NCBI GenBank assembly: GCA_013115125.1
Contig: JABANN010000299.1
Span: forward strand, 1 to 41,511
Direction: 5' to 3'
DNA: 41,511 bases
Origin: Perkinsus olseni
Taxonomy: Eukaryota
Positions 1 through 12,068 of this stretch are shown piece after piece. The notes under the pieces were generated by a model. The model ran no database searches, was not told where the DNA came from, and was given only the letters and a program-made list of their open reading frames with translations. The first letter of the stretch is position 1, and every line of letters starts with the position of its first letter. The translations under genes were made by a program, and so were the position numbers.

Positions 1-132
1 CCTCAAACACGTAGTATGTGCTGAATTAGACTGATTTTTGTGATTTGCATATCGAATTGGAACACCCTGTAGTGGCACTAGTCTAGTGTTATTGTACTCA
101 GTCATTTGGTATTCCTGTTCGATCGCCTACAG

Positions 133-2722
133 AAGAGCCTCCCCTCGGCGGAGGGTTCGAACCTACGGGAAGCCAAGTACGCCGTGGCGCGGTATATGAT
201 GTACATACTCGCCCATCCGGATGCGCACATTGCAGGTTAGTAGGGGGACTCCCTGGGGGAGATCAGTTGTCTCGGAAAAAAGTCTCACCTATGTTGATCT
301 TGGCCTTCTCTGCGATAGGGTCTGTGATCGCGAAATGTTTTCGCGCGGGCGCTTAGGCGCTGCCTGCCGGACTCCGGAGTGTGGCAACCGACGGCTTTCG
401 TGCTCCGGGCTTTGATTCTCAGCCGTTAAATGAACCCCAACTTTGATCTCCTCGGGATCGAATCTGTGGATCTCAATGAGTAAATGAGTTGAAAAAATCA
501 CAGTAGATCGGCAAAAGTCATAAGGCAGTCGAGATGGTGAGTCAATGGTTGATGATCAATCATTGGCCACTGGCCAATGGCCAGTCACTGGCCGCCAGTA
601 TTTGCCTCTGATGGATAGCAACCTGCAAAAAGGCTACTAGCTTCAAGCTAGATCATCAATATTCTTAGGCTCGGGTCCTCATCGGAGACTGCGGACCGGC
701 GGCTCGGCTCGCCTTGGGTAAACTGTTATTTCTAGCCTAGAAATCGACCGTATTGCGGAGGACGACATTGCCGTAACGTGTGCCATGCAGTCTGCTTCCG
801 CGCGGCAGTCAAGGAAGTCCTCAAGGAATGATTTAGTTGTCGATTCTCCAGTACACGCTCGGGTCCTTGTTACGCGGTAACAGTTACGGTATGTCCGCTT
901 GAACTTCAAGCTTGAAGCCTTGAAGCTAGGGATGGAAATCATTGTGAGATGCCGTTTCTCGTGCAAAAATACTCTCTGCATTATCATGCCGGAACTTTCG
1001 TCATGAGGTGTGGTCACAGCCTACGAACATCGTAGGAAATCGTCGTCGTTGAGGGGTATAACATATCGGAGGCGTCAACTGATTGCAAGTTGAGCCTATC
1101 TCAAAATCTCTGTCTGGCTGGCGTGGTGGCGGTCACGATACTAGTATGGAACTCCTTCGGTTCGTTTAGTGCCTGGACTAGCTGTGGAGTGTGGGCCAGC
1201 TGGACTACGAAGCTGCCTTCAGACAATTCGCCCTGCAGAGGCGTCTGTTCCAGTGTGATATGCGTGAGCGTCGTGTGCTTGTGCCGTGAAGGAGGCAGGT
1301 TGCGCTCGTCCAACAGTATAGGTTACCCTTCGGCCTCAGCACTTCTGCGTTATGGTGGAATAGATTGACTGGGACTCACAAGAGGTTATTGAAGTGCATC
1401 AGGCGCTCATAGGGTGTCTTGGCGGCGTTGGTCTACGTGGACGACGTGACCATCATAGGCCCGAATGCGGGGGTACTGAAGGTCATGACTGCCTTCGCTG
1501 TGTTCGGGCAAATGTTCGGCTTCCCATTCTCGGAAGCGAAGGCAGCAGTCTTAACCGCGGAGTGGCAGTTCTAAGATTGAGCTCGTTCTCTTACGTGGAG
1601 TCACCCTGGGGTCTGCTATTGGCAATCAGTGCGATTCACTGAGTGAGTATCTTTGGAGTGAACAACCGGGCAATGATCGGAAGACCAGTGGTTCGATCTC
1701 AGTGGGAGTCCCACTGTGGGACTATCTCACTTCTCGCGGATACCATCGCGGTAGCCTAGCCTAGGCTGCCTAGGTTCCACGAGCTGACGGATAGGTCGTT
1801 TCAGCCTGTATGTGTTGGGTTGCAGGAGGTTATCCATTTCAGTGCGTTCATCACGAGCAGAATATTCCTCAATAACTCAGTTGATTCTTCGGTGTAATTT
1901 TACGGTAGAATTTAGGAAAATTTGGTATTGGGTGGAACTTTCAGCGAGAGATATGCTCAGTTCGAGGCTCCTCAGTTGTATACCAAACTACTCGGTAGTT
2001 GCTGTAGAACATTGAATTTTCAGGCGCAGTGACGAGATTACCTGTGGAGACGCAAGAGTTTATAGCGAATCTCATAGCAGAAGATGCTGAGGATCTTGGG
2101 TCAAGGCATGATCAATGCGGTGTCTCGGATACCACTCTAGAAGTTCGGCAGAGAGCTACGCTGGCGATGGCGAAAGCAGGGATACCGTAAGTTGGTCTTT
2201 TGAATGATTTCGTGGCGCGCGAGATTTTCTGTGCATTGTTTTTCCGGAGATTTTCAGGTACGATTTGGATGTTCGAATTTTTGCGTCTGGCGGGTGGGAG
2301 TTGGCCTGCGACCTTTACGTGCCTGGCAAGTCTCTGATGATAATGTTGCACGGCCCGGAGAGTTTCTACCGGCAGCTCAGCACGGAGACGGCTTTCAATG
2401 CTAGCGAGAAAAGTAACACGTGTTATCTCGTACCGTAACTTCCCCAAATTATGTTTCAGGGGATGAACCGCTGCGGTTGACTCTGCTACCGGAAGCGAGC
2501 GTCAATAATTGGCTTCTCTCTCGATTGACGAAACGGCGAAAAGATATTCTCGCGGCCGCGAATGCGATCTTTCCGGAAAGCGCGTTCAAATCATCAACAG
2601 AGAAATGTCTGGTGGACCTGCCGGAATCCTTGCGAGTGCGGCACGTGACCTGGATCCAAGTGCAGGGGCTGCAAGGCGCGGAGTTGCTCGAGGTGTTACT
2701 TGGAGAAGGTGGGCATGCTTGA
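133..2722 (+). CDS. Multi-exon gene, 5' end outside window or unresolved; probable RAP-domain (FASTK-like RNA-binding) protein
   Basis: The last exons splice in frame via GT-AG: 2024-2186, 2258-2412, 2460-2722. They give ...YDLDVRIFASGGWELACDLYVPGKSLMIMLHGPESFY...NNWLLSRL...LRVRHVTWIQVQGL...*, resembling a C-terminal RAP domain (vD....k.aIEvdGp.hFy...K.rlL....vv.ipw.ew). Upstream exon-like pieces: 133-237 (KSLPSAEGSNLREAKYAVARYMMYILAHPD) and ~1364-1436 (IDWDSQEVIEVHQALIG). Middle exons not resolved. Confidence 0.55.
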
Positions 2723-3378
2723 GGTGAATCTGTGTGATTACACGTGATGAGTTTCTGACTTGTCGATTGGTCTGTGTTCGGGCGGGGGACTCGAGGCGCT
2801 CGACGCCCTTTTGAACACTCAAGCTGAGTGTCCTCACAAGGGGGCTTATGTCTTGGCAAGACCGTTTCGGGAGATGTCTGTCTTTGGGAGAGTTTGTGTC
2901 TCACAAATATCTGAATGAATTTTTTCCATGGGATAAGATATCTTGCAGTTGTTGCTCACTTCCGTGGAAGGCGGCCGCCACTAGTGGGCTTAAATGACAT
3001 TCGATGCGACTGATGTAGAGAAGGAGCTGCACCAGTAGTATCCCAGGTTGATGCATGCAAGATACGGAATAGGGCGGGTTCCGTAGATACTATCGAGCAG
3101 AGACGCAGGAGGAGTTTCGCCGTCGCGTGGAGAGCGTTGCTGATCTGGAAAGAGCTCTCAAGTTTGCTTTGTAAGTTCACGGGCCGTGAATCACGGGGCC
3201 TCGCGTTGTGATCGAACAATACCGATAGGATAGATTGGGGTCGGCCGAGAAATCGAGAAATTTGGGATCGGGTGTAATCGATTTTATCGAGAAATACCTG
3301 ATTTGAATTTTCCGCTCTCGAAAAGGTTTTTAGACCATCAGCAAAAAGTCGTGAAGTTTCGTTAGATCGTCTAACTTA

Positions 3379-4370
3379 ATGTCTGCGGTGCGAAAAAGCC
3401 GTTTTCTGAGAGAACAGAAAATTCTTCCAGATCATTACGTACAGGAGTGTTCTTTTATCGAGGTTGTGCGCGCCGTCATGTCGAAATGGCTTTTCTTCCC
3501 TTGCAGGCAGTCTTCGGGCGCAAGTACTCCTACCAACCGAAGGGCCTCGCCAGGAACACCGGGTGGGGCAAGGTCGTCGTCGGAGAGGGATCGCTAGACT
3601 TGTTTTGTCAGGGGGGTCTCCGGACGCAGCAGAAGTCAAAGCATCATCTCCAGCCGGAAGCACGTGTGAGAGCTGTTCGGCATTTGAGGAGTCGACTGAA
3701 TCGATGTCCACTGATAAGGACCCGATTCTACTGGTATTTGGAAGTAATAATCGACGGGTGCGTGGATTGAACCGGCGACCATCGGGTCACTGGCTGGGGG
3801 ACCAATCGGAGCTGGTGGGAAAACAAACGGATCGCTCCAACGAATCTGCACGAGTTTAGATTCCGCCCACCCAATTTCTAGAGGAAAATGAGAGGTCCAT
3901 TCAACTGCTTCAATGATCGACCAGCGACCTTCACCTTTGATGGAGTAGGACCTACTCAGTAGGTGTTGTTTACAGCGCACAGCGAGTGCTCCATTGGACG
4001 CTCGTGTCGAGCGGCTTGTTAATAGCGTAGTAGTTGTCGTTACAGACGAATCGTTACTCGGAGGGAGTCCCCTCATCAGAACACGGTGACGATCGATCGC
4101 TGTGCCTCTTCTATTCTCCGCGGATTTACATACACCCGGTTTCCCAGCCTGGGAAGGGAAACCCGAAACTCGCTTACTGTGACCAAAATCAGTTATCGGT
4201 TGCTACACAGGCGAACCTATGCCGACTGGGCCTGTTCAACTGGCTGGCTCTAACATCTCTATGACTCGTACGATGACCCTTGCGAGGACTCAATATGGAT
4301 CAGATGGAGGAGGAGCATGAGAGGAGGAAGCCCTTCACGATCACTTTGTCCTGGATGTCTTATACGGTAT
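3379..4370 (+). CDS. Hypothetical multi-exon gene, unknown function
   Basis: ATG at 3379, followed by short exons bounded by GT/AG: MSAVRKSRFLREQKILPDHYVQECSFIE | AVFGRKYSYQPKGLARNTGWGK | ... TRFYWYLEVIIDG. The 3' exons and stop codon are ambiguous. Confidence 0.3.
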
Positions 4371-5055
4371 AAAAATCGGCATATATTACAATGGTTATTC
4401 TCAACGCCTTGGGGGTAGAGTCAATCCTTGCTCGAACCGCAGGGCTGAAAGGGTTGCGCTCCGAGGTACGACAACATATGCGAATCCTACTACTCCAGTT
4501 TGACGGCTTTCATGTTGAAAACGCAAACTCGAACATCTCGGAGCCATCAACTTGGCAGGCTCAGACGGACTCATCGGCCGAGATCTCGTTTGCTGTCTTG
4601 TTCTGAGTTCTCTCAACCAGCGTCTTAACGTTTGACGTTTGGAGTGTGAGGAACTTGAACTTGAGATTGTTGGTTCTCAAGATCAAGTTGAGGCTTTTAT
4701 ACCTGAGGATGACGATTACGAAGGAAGAATACCTCCGCACATTGTCGTATTACTCTTGCGACTGCCAAAGTCTTCTGTGAACAGTCTACTTAGTGGTGGA
4801 AGGGAGGGTGAGGGCTCGTGATGGTGGTGAGATAGGTCGCGTTTTGCCAGTGGTGAAACGCGAATGAGAAGACTCTCTGACTTCCAGCGGGCTGATGGCG
4901 TGGTCGATATGCTCGGCCCAGGTATGGTGGGTGACACAATTATTGTGTATATTCTTCCTTATTGAGGATTCGGTAAACGATGTTGACCTGACATTGAATT
5001 GCACGGGTATCGTTGTTGATGAGTGTGGTATCCAGGTAGCTCATTGAGCTCTTAG

Positions 5056-8000
5056 TGTGCTGAGAACTGCATGAAGAGAGCCAGCATCCTGGCGGTGCTA
5101 CTGGTCAGCTCCGAGGACGAATTTGAAGCTCACGAGAAAATCGGAAAATCATTCAGTCGTTAGATCGGCTATGGTATCTTTCGTCAGGTACTCTGATGGA
5201 GATCACCACCCCTACCTCGGATATCGACACGGTCGTGTTGGTGAGTGACGTCAAGCGTAGCGTCTACATGAAGCGGGTCCAGAAGGTGGGAATGGACGGG
5301 GGATGGTTTTCTGGGATTTTTTCGAAGACGCGGTTGAATTATCTTTGCGTGGAAGTGGAGGGAAGAAGAATGAGCTTTGAGGCTCAAAGTTTGAGCTGAG
5401 ATGATCAGCATGTACTATATGAAATCTGTGATGTCGTAATCTTGCGAGTGTAGGGGTATCCAGCATTGTTACACGAGTTCCCGGTGTTATGGTATGCTAG
5501 TTTGTTACAAAATAGTCATCGCACAGTCGTACTGGTTCGTGGTTGGGCAGGTTATTTCTCCTCGATAGGTCCTGACGGAGATGGAGCCCTTTCGATCGCA
5601 TTGCGACGACTTTTCCCTTCTAGCTGACTCCCTCGTCCCATACATAAAATGCTCGTAGTAACGGCAAGGGAGGCGGCTGTGGGAACACCTGTTGGTAGCA
5701 GGTACCGAGGGTATCCGGTGGATGTGCAGTTTGCGGTCATGCCTGGCTCTGTGTTGAAGGAGTGCCATGAAGCGATACAGGCTAAAGTGGCGGCGGAGGG
5801 CTCACCGGTAAGAAATTCTTACTAAGAATGATATAGGTCATAGTAGAAGTAGATGTAGCTGGGTTTATCCACTCGACTCGAATCGTTAGTAATCGATAGA
5901 ATTTGGGGCTGTAAACTGAAACGTCCGTTGGAACAGTACAACAGCCGATAGACATCGAAAATTCGGAACTCTCAGCCATTCTCATTACAACGTTAATAAG
6001 TTTGAGATATCAGCCGGGAGAAAGACAATAGTAAGAAATCATCATCATGTATCTATCGGCCGTAGTTTTACTCAACAGAGAGCACATTGTCCAGTTGTTA
6101 CCACTCCGGGCGGGATCCTTGACGGATCATCCGTCGACCCGCTTTTGAGGAGGTTGTGAGCATGCTTTCAATTTGAAGTTTTTTTGTTATTTCAGCGAAG
6201 TCCCGAGTCGATACCGGGCCTGCGAGCGGCGGCCCTATCGAGTATCCTGGATAGAGTGTGTACGGCTGGACTGTTGGGCCCGGAGGGCAGCGCTGCAGCC
6301 GATTGGAGCAACAGTTTGGTGAGTGCCATGGGTTTATGTGGGTTTCTCTCATCTGTCCTTCTCCGGTTTTCACGCCTTAGCTAGGGATTTGCGAACGTTC
6401 ATCCACTGGTGTATCACGCTCCAGCTGTGCTTCATTTTCATCTTCTTTTTATCGTTCTTGCTGTCAATTCTAAGGCGGTGATCTCGGGTGCTCGAACGAG
6501 CTCGCACGGTCATCCTCGCTGACTTTGGCACTTCAGGTTGATGACGCGACGATTCGGTCTCTGAACGGCGTTCGTGTGGGCCGGTATCTCCTAGAGAAGA
6601 CGCCGGTGCTGCCTGTTTACCGAGTTGTGCTCCGATTCGTGAAGATGTGGGCCAAGGCGCGGGGCATGTAATGAGGGCGTGAGGGGGGGAGGGTATTAGG
6701 GAACGGTTCTACGGCAAACTGTAATGCGAATGGTTTTTTTGTGATAACTTTCTTGGTTGGAATGGGAGACACAGAGATGATAAGGAAACCAAAAATCACA
6801 ACTGCTTCATCACGCAACTTTGTTTTACTCTATACACTTGCATCGTTTGTGGTTGTTCCTCATCCGTCGGGATCAAGCGACGGTCCGCTCCAAGGAAACA
6901 TAAGAGCATACCAATGTAAAATACCGATTGTGGTGGGAATTTATGGTCAGGTGTCGGTCCGTAGGATACCAAATTTCTCCCTATCCGAACTGTTGACTAG
7001 AAAAGTGTCATAGTAGCGCTAGAATAGTGAGAAATTAGGTATTATACCGACCAAGACGAAAGCGTTCCACTTTCCCGGTACATTGCGTTTAGCTTCATTT
7101 TTTGTTCAGTTACAGTAACGTGATGGGTTACTTTGGCGGCGTGACCTGGGCTATATTGGTATCAAAGGTGATGCAGGATAATGAGGAGTTGGCGACAAGA
7201 GAAGCGGAATATGATGCTGTTAGAGAGATCCTGCTCAAATTCTTTGATTTTTGCAGTAGTTGGGGGAGGGTGAAACTCATCCGGGCCTCAAATTCGGCTT
7301 GGTTGTAGTGCGAATTTCGAAAGTGATTTTTTTCTTGTATCGGAAATGGGTTCTTGGGAATTCTCAAATTGTTCGGCGCTCGGTCGTCTAGTATTTCACG
7401 AAATCGTTTCGGAAGATTCGTACTGTTGTCCTGTGAATAAGCTACGACTAGTTGCGAAAGTTGCGGTATGGAAGATAGAGATGATCGTCAGGTACTCATC
7501 CATGGGGCAGTGAGAATCCTGTTACGGCCAATGACGCGGTGCTCGAGTAATGGCCGGGAATCTTTGCGCACGGCGATGATTTTGGACTTCTTTCTCGTCT
7601 TTAGGGGATTCGTCTCTGCTGGGTCGGTTGAAATGTACACGCCACCGGCGAAAGATATCTTTGGAGATGATGGTAGGGCGGAGCGAAGTGGTGCATGTTT
7701 GTTATTTTTGTTTTTCTGTAGACGTCGGTGATAAGCAGCTTGCTCCGCAGCATGTTTTAAGAGACCCAGCGGAGTGCCCGTATGCGGCTGATGGTAATAT
7801 TAGATCATGTGAATAAATAGGAAAAATGAAATCGAAATAGCTGTCGGCCGGAATCGAACCGGGGACCTTTCGACTACGAGCCGTTGAGAATTCGTCTGTG
7901 ATGTTGAGCCGGACTCGGGCGAGCCATCCTATCGGTACCATCTGCAAGATTCGCGAGGGATCGAACCCGGGACCTTTCGATTACTTACTTTCGGTCAGGT

Positions 8001-11000
8001 GTTGGTATTGAAGGGCAATGTATGGTGGTTCTCACTCCGGTGCTGCCGACGCAGAACTCGAGCTTTAACGCTCTCGACTTCAATCGCTATGTGATGGTCC
8101 AAGAGTTCAAACGGGGTAGGAGAGATAATTTCGTAGCGCGTGAAGTTTATAATTCGTTCTTCTCAGCGGCCCATATGTTATCTTTATTCGCCCTGTCGCC
8201 GTCGAGCTGCCCATTTCGGCTTGGTGCGGTATGTGCACGCGTGCACCCCTTCAGACTGTACAAGCGGCTCATGTTCGTGGAGGTGAGGAGGACGGAATGT
8301 CATTCCGTCATTCCGAATGATGATGTTACCAACATCATCAATTTTGAATTTGTGAAATTCGGCCACTAAGTGAAGCAGAGGTTATTGTTTACTTGAGAAT
8401 CACTGCAAAGGCCGATTCTCTTCCCGATGCAGAGCATGTTGCTCTAGGGTCGCTGACAGCTATTGCAACGCTTGAGGGCACAACGCATGTCCGTGCTCTC
8501 TCGCCACGACAACGGCTATCCCTTGCTCTCTCCGAAAGAGAGCCACACGAAAATAGAGGGAAACATGGCAAGAGAGCCTCTCGCAAAGTCTACCACTTCT
8601 TGCCCAGCTCGGGGAGTGGCACGGGAGTATCACCTTCCAAGCTTGTCTTGAATGAAGTACCCTGACCGGAGCGGAGAGACGTGGCTTCACGAAGAAATCA
8701 GACTGTTGCAGCTAAGAGTACCGCCAAAACCGAGCATAGTGCTTGTAGGAGGATTCGACTCTAGCTCACTGTAAAGGAAGGAGCATACTATGACGTTCAT
8801 TGAAGCTATTGATGGATCAGTAAGGTCATTTGTCTCGGTATAAGGAACGTGTGTCTGGCTGGTTTCATAGCGGTCACCATACTAGCCTAGTACCTAGTAT
8901 TACTAGGTTTGGCTTCCTTCGTTCCGTCTGGAGCTCGGATCAGCCATTGAGCTTCAGGGGTCTCAAAGGTGGCACCTTTCGGAGCTTCTGCGGCATCTTA
9001 ATGGTGGCGTTGATACAGGGTGACGTTTTACCGACAACCCCCAACGTAGGAGACACCCGGATGCTCGAACTTCGGCTTGACGGAGAAGAAGCCTCATCGG
9101 CCCGCTAAGTAGGCATTGAAGACCTGACGATGTCGAGGAGCTCAAGTCCTGACGCGACCGGGGCCGTGACGGAAGGCAGGCAGCTCACATTGCAAAGAGC
9201 TACATTGAATATATATGATTACACGCAGATATCTAATATGCTGTCATTATTGTATTCTTGTTGTTTGCCTGGTAATGTATCCATGGCAAGGATATTAGCA
9301 TCCATTATTTACATAAGAATTTACTATCGAGCGCTAAGCACCAGGGGACCTACATAAGAGTGCTGAGCCGGGGTGCCAAGGCCTGCAGGCTGCAGCTTAT
9401 GAACCAACGAATGTACCTGAAGGGAAAGATGGCGGAGCGGAGCTAGGTATATCACAAGCGAGATATTACCCCTGCACTAACATGAGACAGACAGGCACAG
9501 ACCGAGGCGACGTGCTTGCGACGGAGAAGAGTGCTTGATACTGTCAGGCTTGCAGATGTTTGCGCTAGTATGCTGCTGCTTTGTTACGTACTACTCGTGA
9601 GAGCATACGATATGTCATACCGAATCCTTCGGTTCAGCACGCAACAACCAAGGAGAAGGGCCCTGAAGGCGGTTCTTCACGACGCGACATGACGGCTCCG
9701 CAAATAAGCTGTGACGGTACCTTCAAGTCATGCCCACCTCTCTTCAGACAGAATTACGGCATACACGTCAAGCGAGGGAACTACGGTTCTGGCCCGTGAT
9801 CTTATGCTTTCTTGAAGGGCATTTTCTTCGAACTTTGGTCTCTCCATAAGACAAAAGATTGGCTGAAAAAGATGGGGAGTAGTGCATAGGTAGGCTAGAA
9901 CGAGAGAAAGCACAAGAACAGTATGACACGACGAAGTGTTCTACATATTCTCGCTGAGATGCCAGAACCCTTCACAACTGGTACCTGGGTTCAGATGAAG
10001 ACGGCGATCAACGTGCGAAGTCTCCTCTCATCGATACTTCGTATTGCGTTGCTGATTGCGTGTTCTCCCAAGGTGACGGTGAGGTTCGAAAACCCCTCTC
10101 TGCTCATCACCCGAGATAATAATTCGTTGAAGCTGCAGTAGTAAGGACTCGAAAAATCCCTTTGCTTGTGGCGAAGGCAGAAAAATCTATTTTTTTATGA
10201 AATTGATATCGTTTGCTGACCCGCGGTCGTGGTGTTTAGGTTGAGGTCCGGCCCGAGAGCGAGCGGACTTTGGACGACGCTGATGTAACGTTAACCCAGA
10301 GTTGCATTCCATTCGTCTGCATTTGCTTCGCTCCGCCTTTTTTAGGTTCATCTTTTACAAAAGCGGATTGCTGCCATGGTCGAGTCGAAGGTTAGAATTT
10401 TCACCAAATTGAGCGCCGAAGCCTTCCATGAGGAGGGCATATGTAGCATGGGGGCTCGACGTTTTAGACTGGGCGAGAAATTCCGGTGAAGTGATTCATG
10501 TGTTGCATATGAGGGAGTCTTTCGCGTGGTTAACATGTTAATCAATCCTCTTTTTGAGATCGACGTTTTAAACTGGGCAAAAAAATCCGGTGAAAAATAT
10601 GGAGTGATTTTTTGTCTTGCATGTGTGGGAAATGTTGCACGCATGCGCATAAAGATACTCTTTTGTGTCAGACTTGCGACTTTACCCGCACCCGCAAGTT
10701 ACTCAGCCATGGACTGCTTCAGGAGGCGGAATCGCGTGAGTTGCTTCGACGGTATTTCGTGGCGCGGCGACGCTTTCGATGGGCGTCGATCGGAGGGCTT
10801 CAGGTTCCTTATTGGTCTGGCTAGTCGGCTGACAGGGGAGGAGAATATTGAGCAAGAGGAGGACACTAAGGGAAAGTGAGATTTAAAACGGAGAAATGCG
10901 GGGTGCCAGGATCGAACCCACGGTCTACTGTTGTTCCTGGCAGGGTCGACCTTCGGCCGAGCTTGCAGGAGTTCACGTCAGTGCTACGGAATATTGTATT

Positions 11001-11216
11001 GACAGCGGAAGAGAATGAGCAGGACAACTACAAGGGGTGAGGAGTCGTTGGATAAACCGCTGTAGTCGTTATGGTTCTCAACTTTCTTCCCTGAGATCGC
11101 TGGTTCTATTCCCGGTCTCGTCATTTTTCAGTTTTAGCAGCGGTCGGAATGTTCGAGTTAAATACGGCCTCCTCGAGATGCGTGATGGCGTCCCGACTGT
11201 CGTCACCGACCTCTAA
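5056..11216 (+). CDS. PAP: Poly(A) polymerase, canonical nuclear PAP family, divergent; multi-exon, 5' end unresolved (may extend to ATG 4391)
   Basis: Spliced motifs occur in canonical PAP order: TPTSDIDTVVL (DID 5220-5228); DSLVPYIKCS|YRGYPVDVQFA (third Asp 5721); TIRSLNGVRV...YRVVLRFVKMWAKARGI|YSNVMGYFGGVTWAILVSKVMQ; MVVLTPVLPTQNSSFN...VMVQEFKRG; PFRLYKRLMFVE|VEVRPESE..., joined across intron 8283-10239; MVESKVRIF...IY|LRLYPHP...|FLIGL...K|VDLRPSLQEFTSVL (RNA-binding domain). Stop TAA at 11214-11216. Confidence 0.9.
7840..7984 (-). pseudogene. Two tRNA-derived 3'-half fragments (variable loop + T-arm/B-box) in a PAP intron
   Basis: Reverse complements read CTCGTAGTCGAAAGGTCCCCGGTTCGATTCCGGCCGACAGC (7840-7880) and GTAATCGAAAGGTCCCGGGTTCGATCCCT (7956-7984). 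No D-arm or 5' acceptor strand is present. Host intron is 7793-7998. Confidence 0.6.
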
Positions 11217-12068
11217 CATTCCACCATCACTTCCTCCTCACGTTTCCTCCTCAACCCTTCTGTAGTGTTTGAGCTAGTTAACGCCTTTTGACACGAAGAC
11301 CGCTGGGGGGTGTGAGTTGATAGTCCGACGTCGGTCACGCTAGACCGATGAGACTCCCAGGGAGTTCGATAAACCAATTCTGTGATCCAGAATCGATTCT
11401 GGGTTTCAGAATTACTCGGGAGGCTTCGGAATTTTTTCGCTTCGCAAAATCATTTTTTGTTTCTAACTTGTGTACGGAAATATTGATCGTTCGACGCTAC
11501 CGAAATTACATTTCGAGAAAGTTACAGGAGAGGATCTTCATTGGTTGTATTCCGAGGGCAATGAAATATTCTCACCAAGACAAAATCTTCAAGGTTTTCC
11601 GAAGAACCGGATGGAATCCTCTTTTTTGTGTGCATGCGTGCAAATTTCCTGTGTCGAGCTGTCCCAGAGACAGTGTTCTTGTAGTTAGCTTCTCGCTCCT
11701 GCAGCTGAGCAGCGTCTGTCTCAGAGTCAACTGGAATCCCTCTTTCCTGTTCAAATCTCGTTTGTGTTTGTTTCACGCAAGGACGTGATAGTCGAGTATC
11801 GGCAAAACATTTTTTTGATGGTAATCCCGTTTCGCTGATAATTATTCGACAGCTCGACAATATTATTATGCGCATCTTTTGGTTTGAATTTAGCAAGCTT
11901 CGAGCTTGGATACTCCGCAGCATCATAATCATACACCCGGCGGGCTTCGCGAGTCGTGCTATATCAAAAGATTTTCCCCCAAAATTTTTTCGCCCGCTCG
12001 GTATTTTCTTCGAAAAAAATCTTTTTTCCCAACAGTTTTACAGTTTTCATATTTTACATTCTTCTAAC

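Noticed and set aside
140-175. tRNA-like GGGTTCGAACCTACGG
   Set aside because: It lies inside a plausible coding exon (AEGSNLRE) bounded by AG and GT. Probably coincidental, so not counted with the intronic fragments.
1682-1705. GGTTCGATCTC B-box-like word
   Set aside because: The T-stem does not pair well, and it is embedded in a palindrome cluster.
2956-3219. Minus-strand ORF with ISNALHATAKL (OPR/HPR-like phrase)
   Set aside because: A single short match, non-ATG start and no supporting gene structure.
3379-4090. Resemblance to PIG-C/GPI2 (LPDHYV..SF, SPLIRT)
   Set aside because: The expected multiple transmembrane segments could not be assembled; left as hypothetical.
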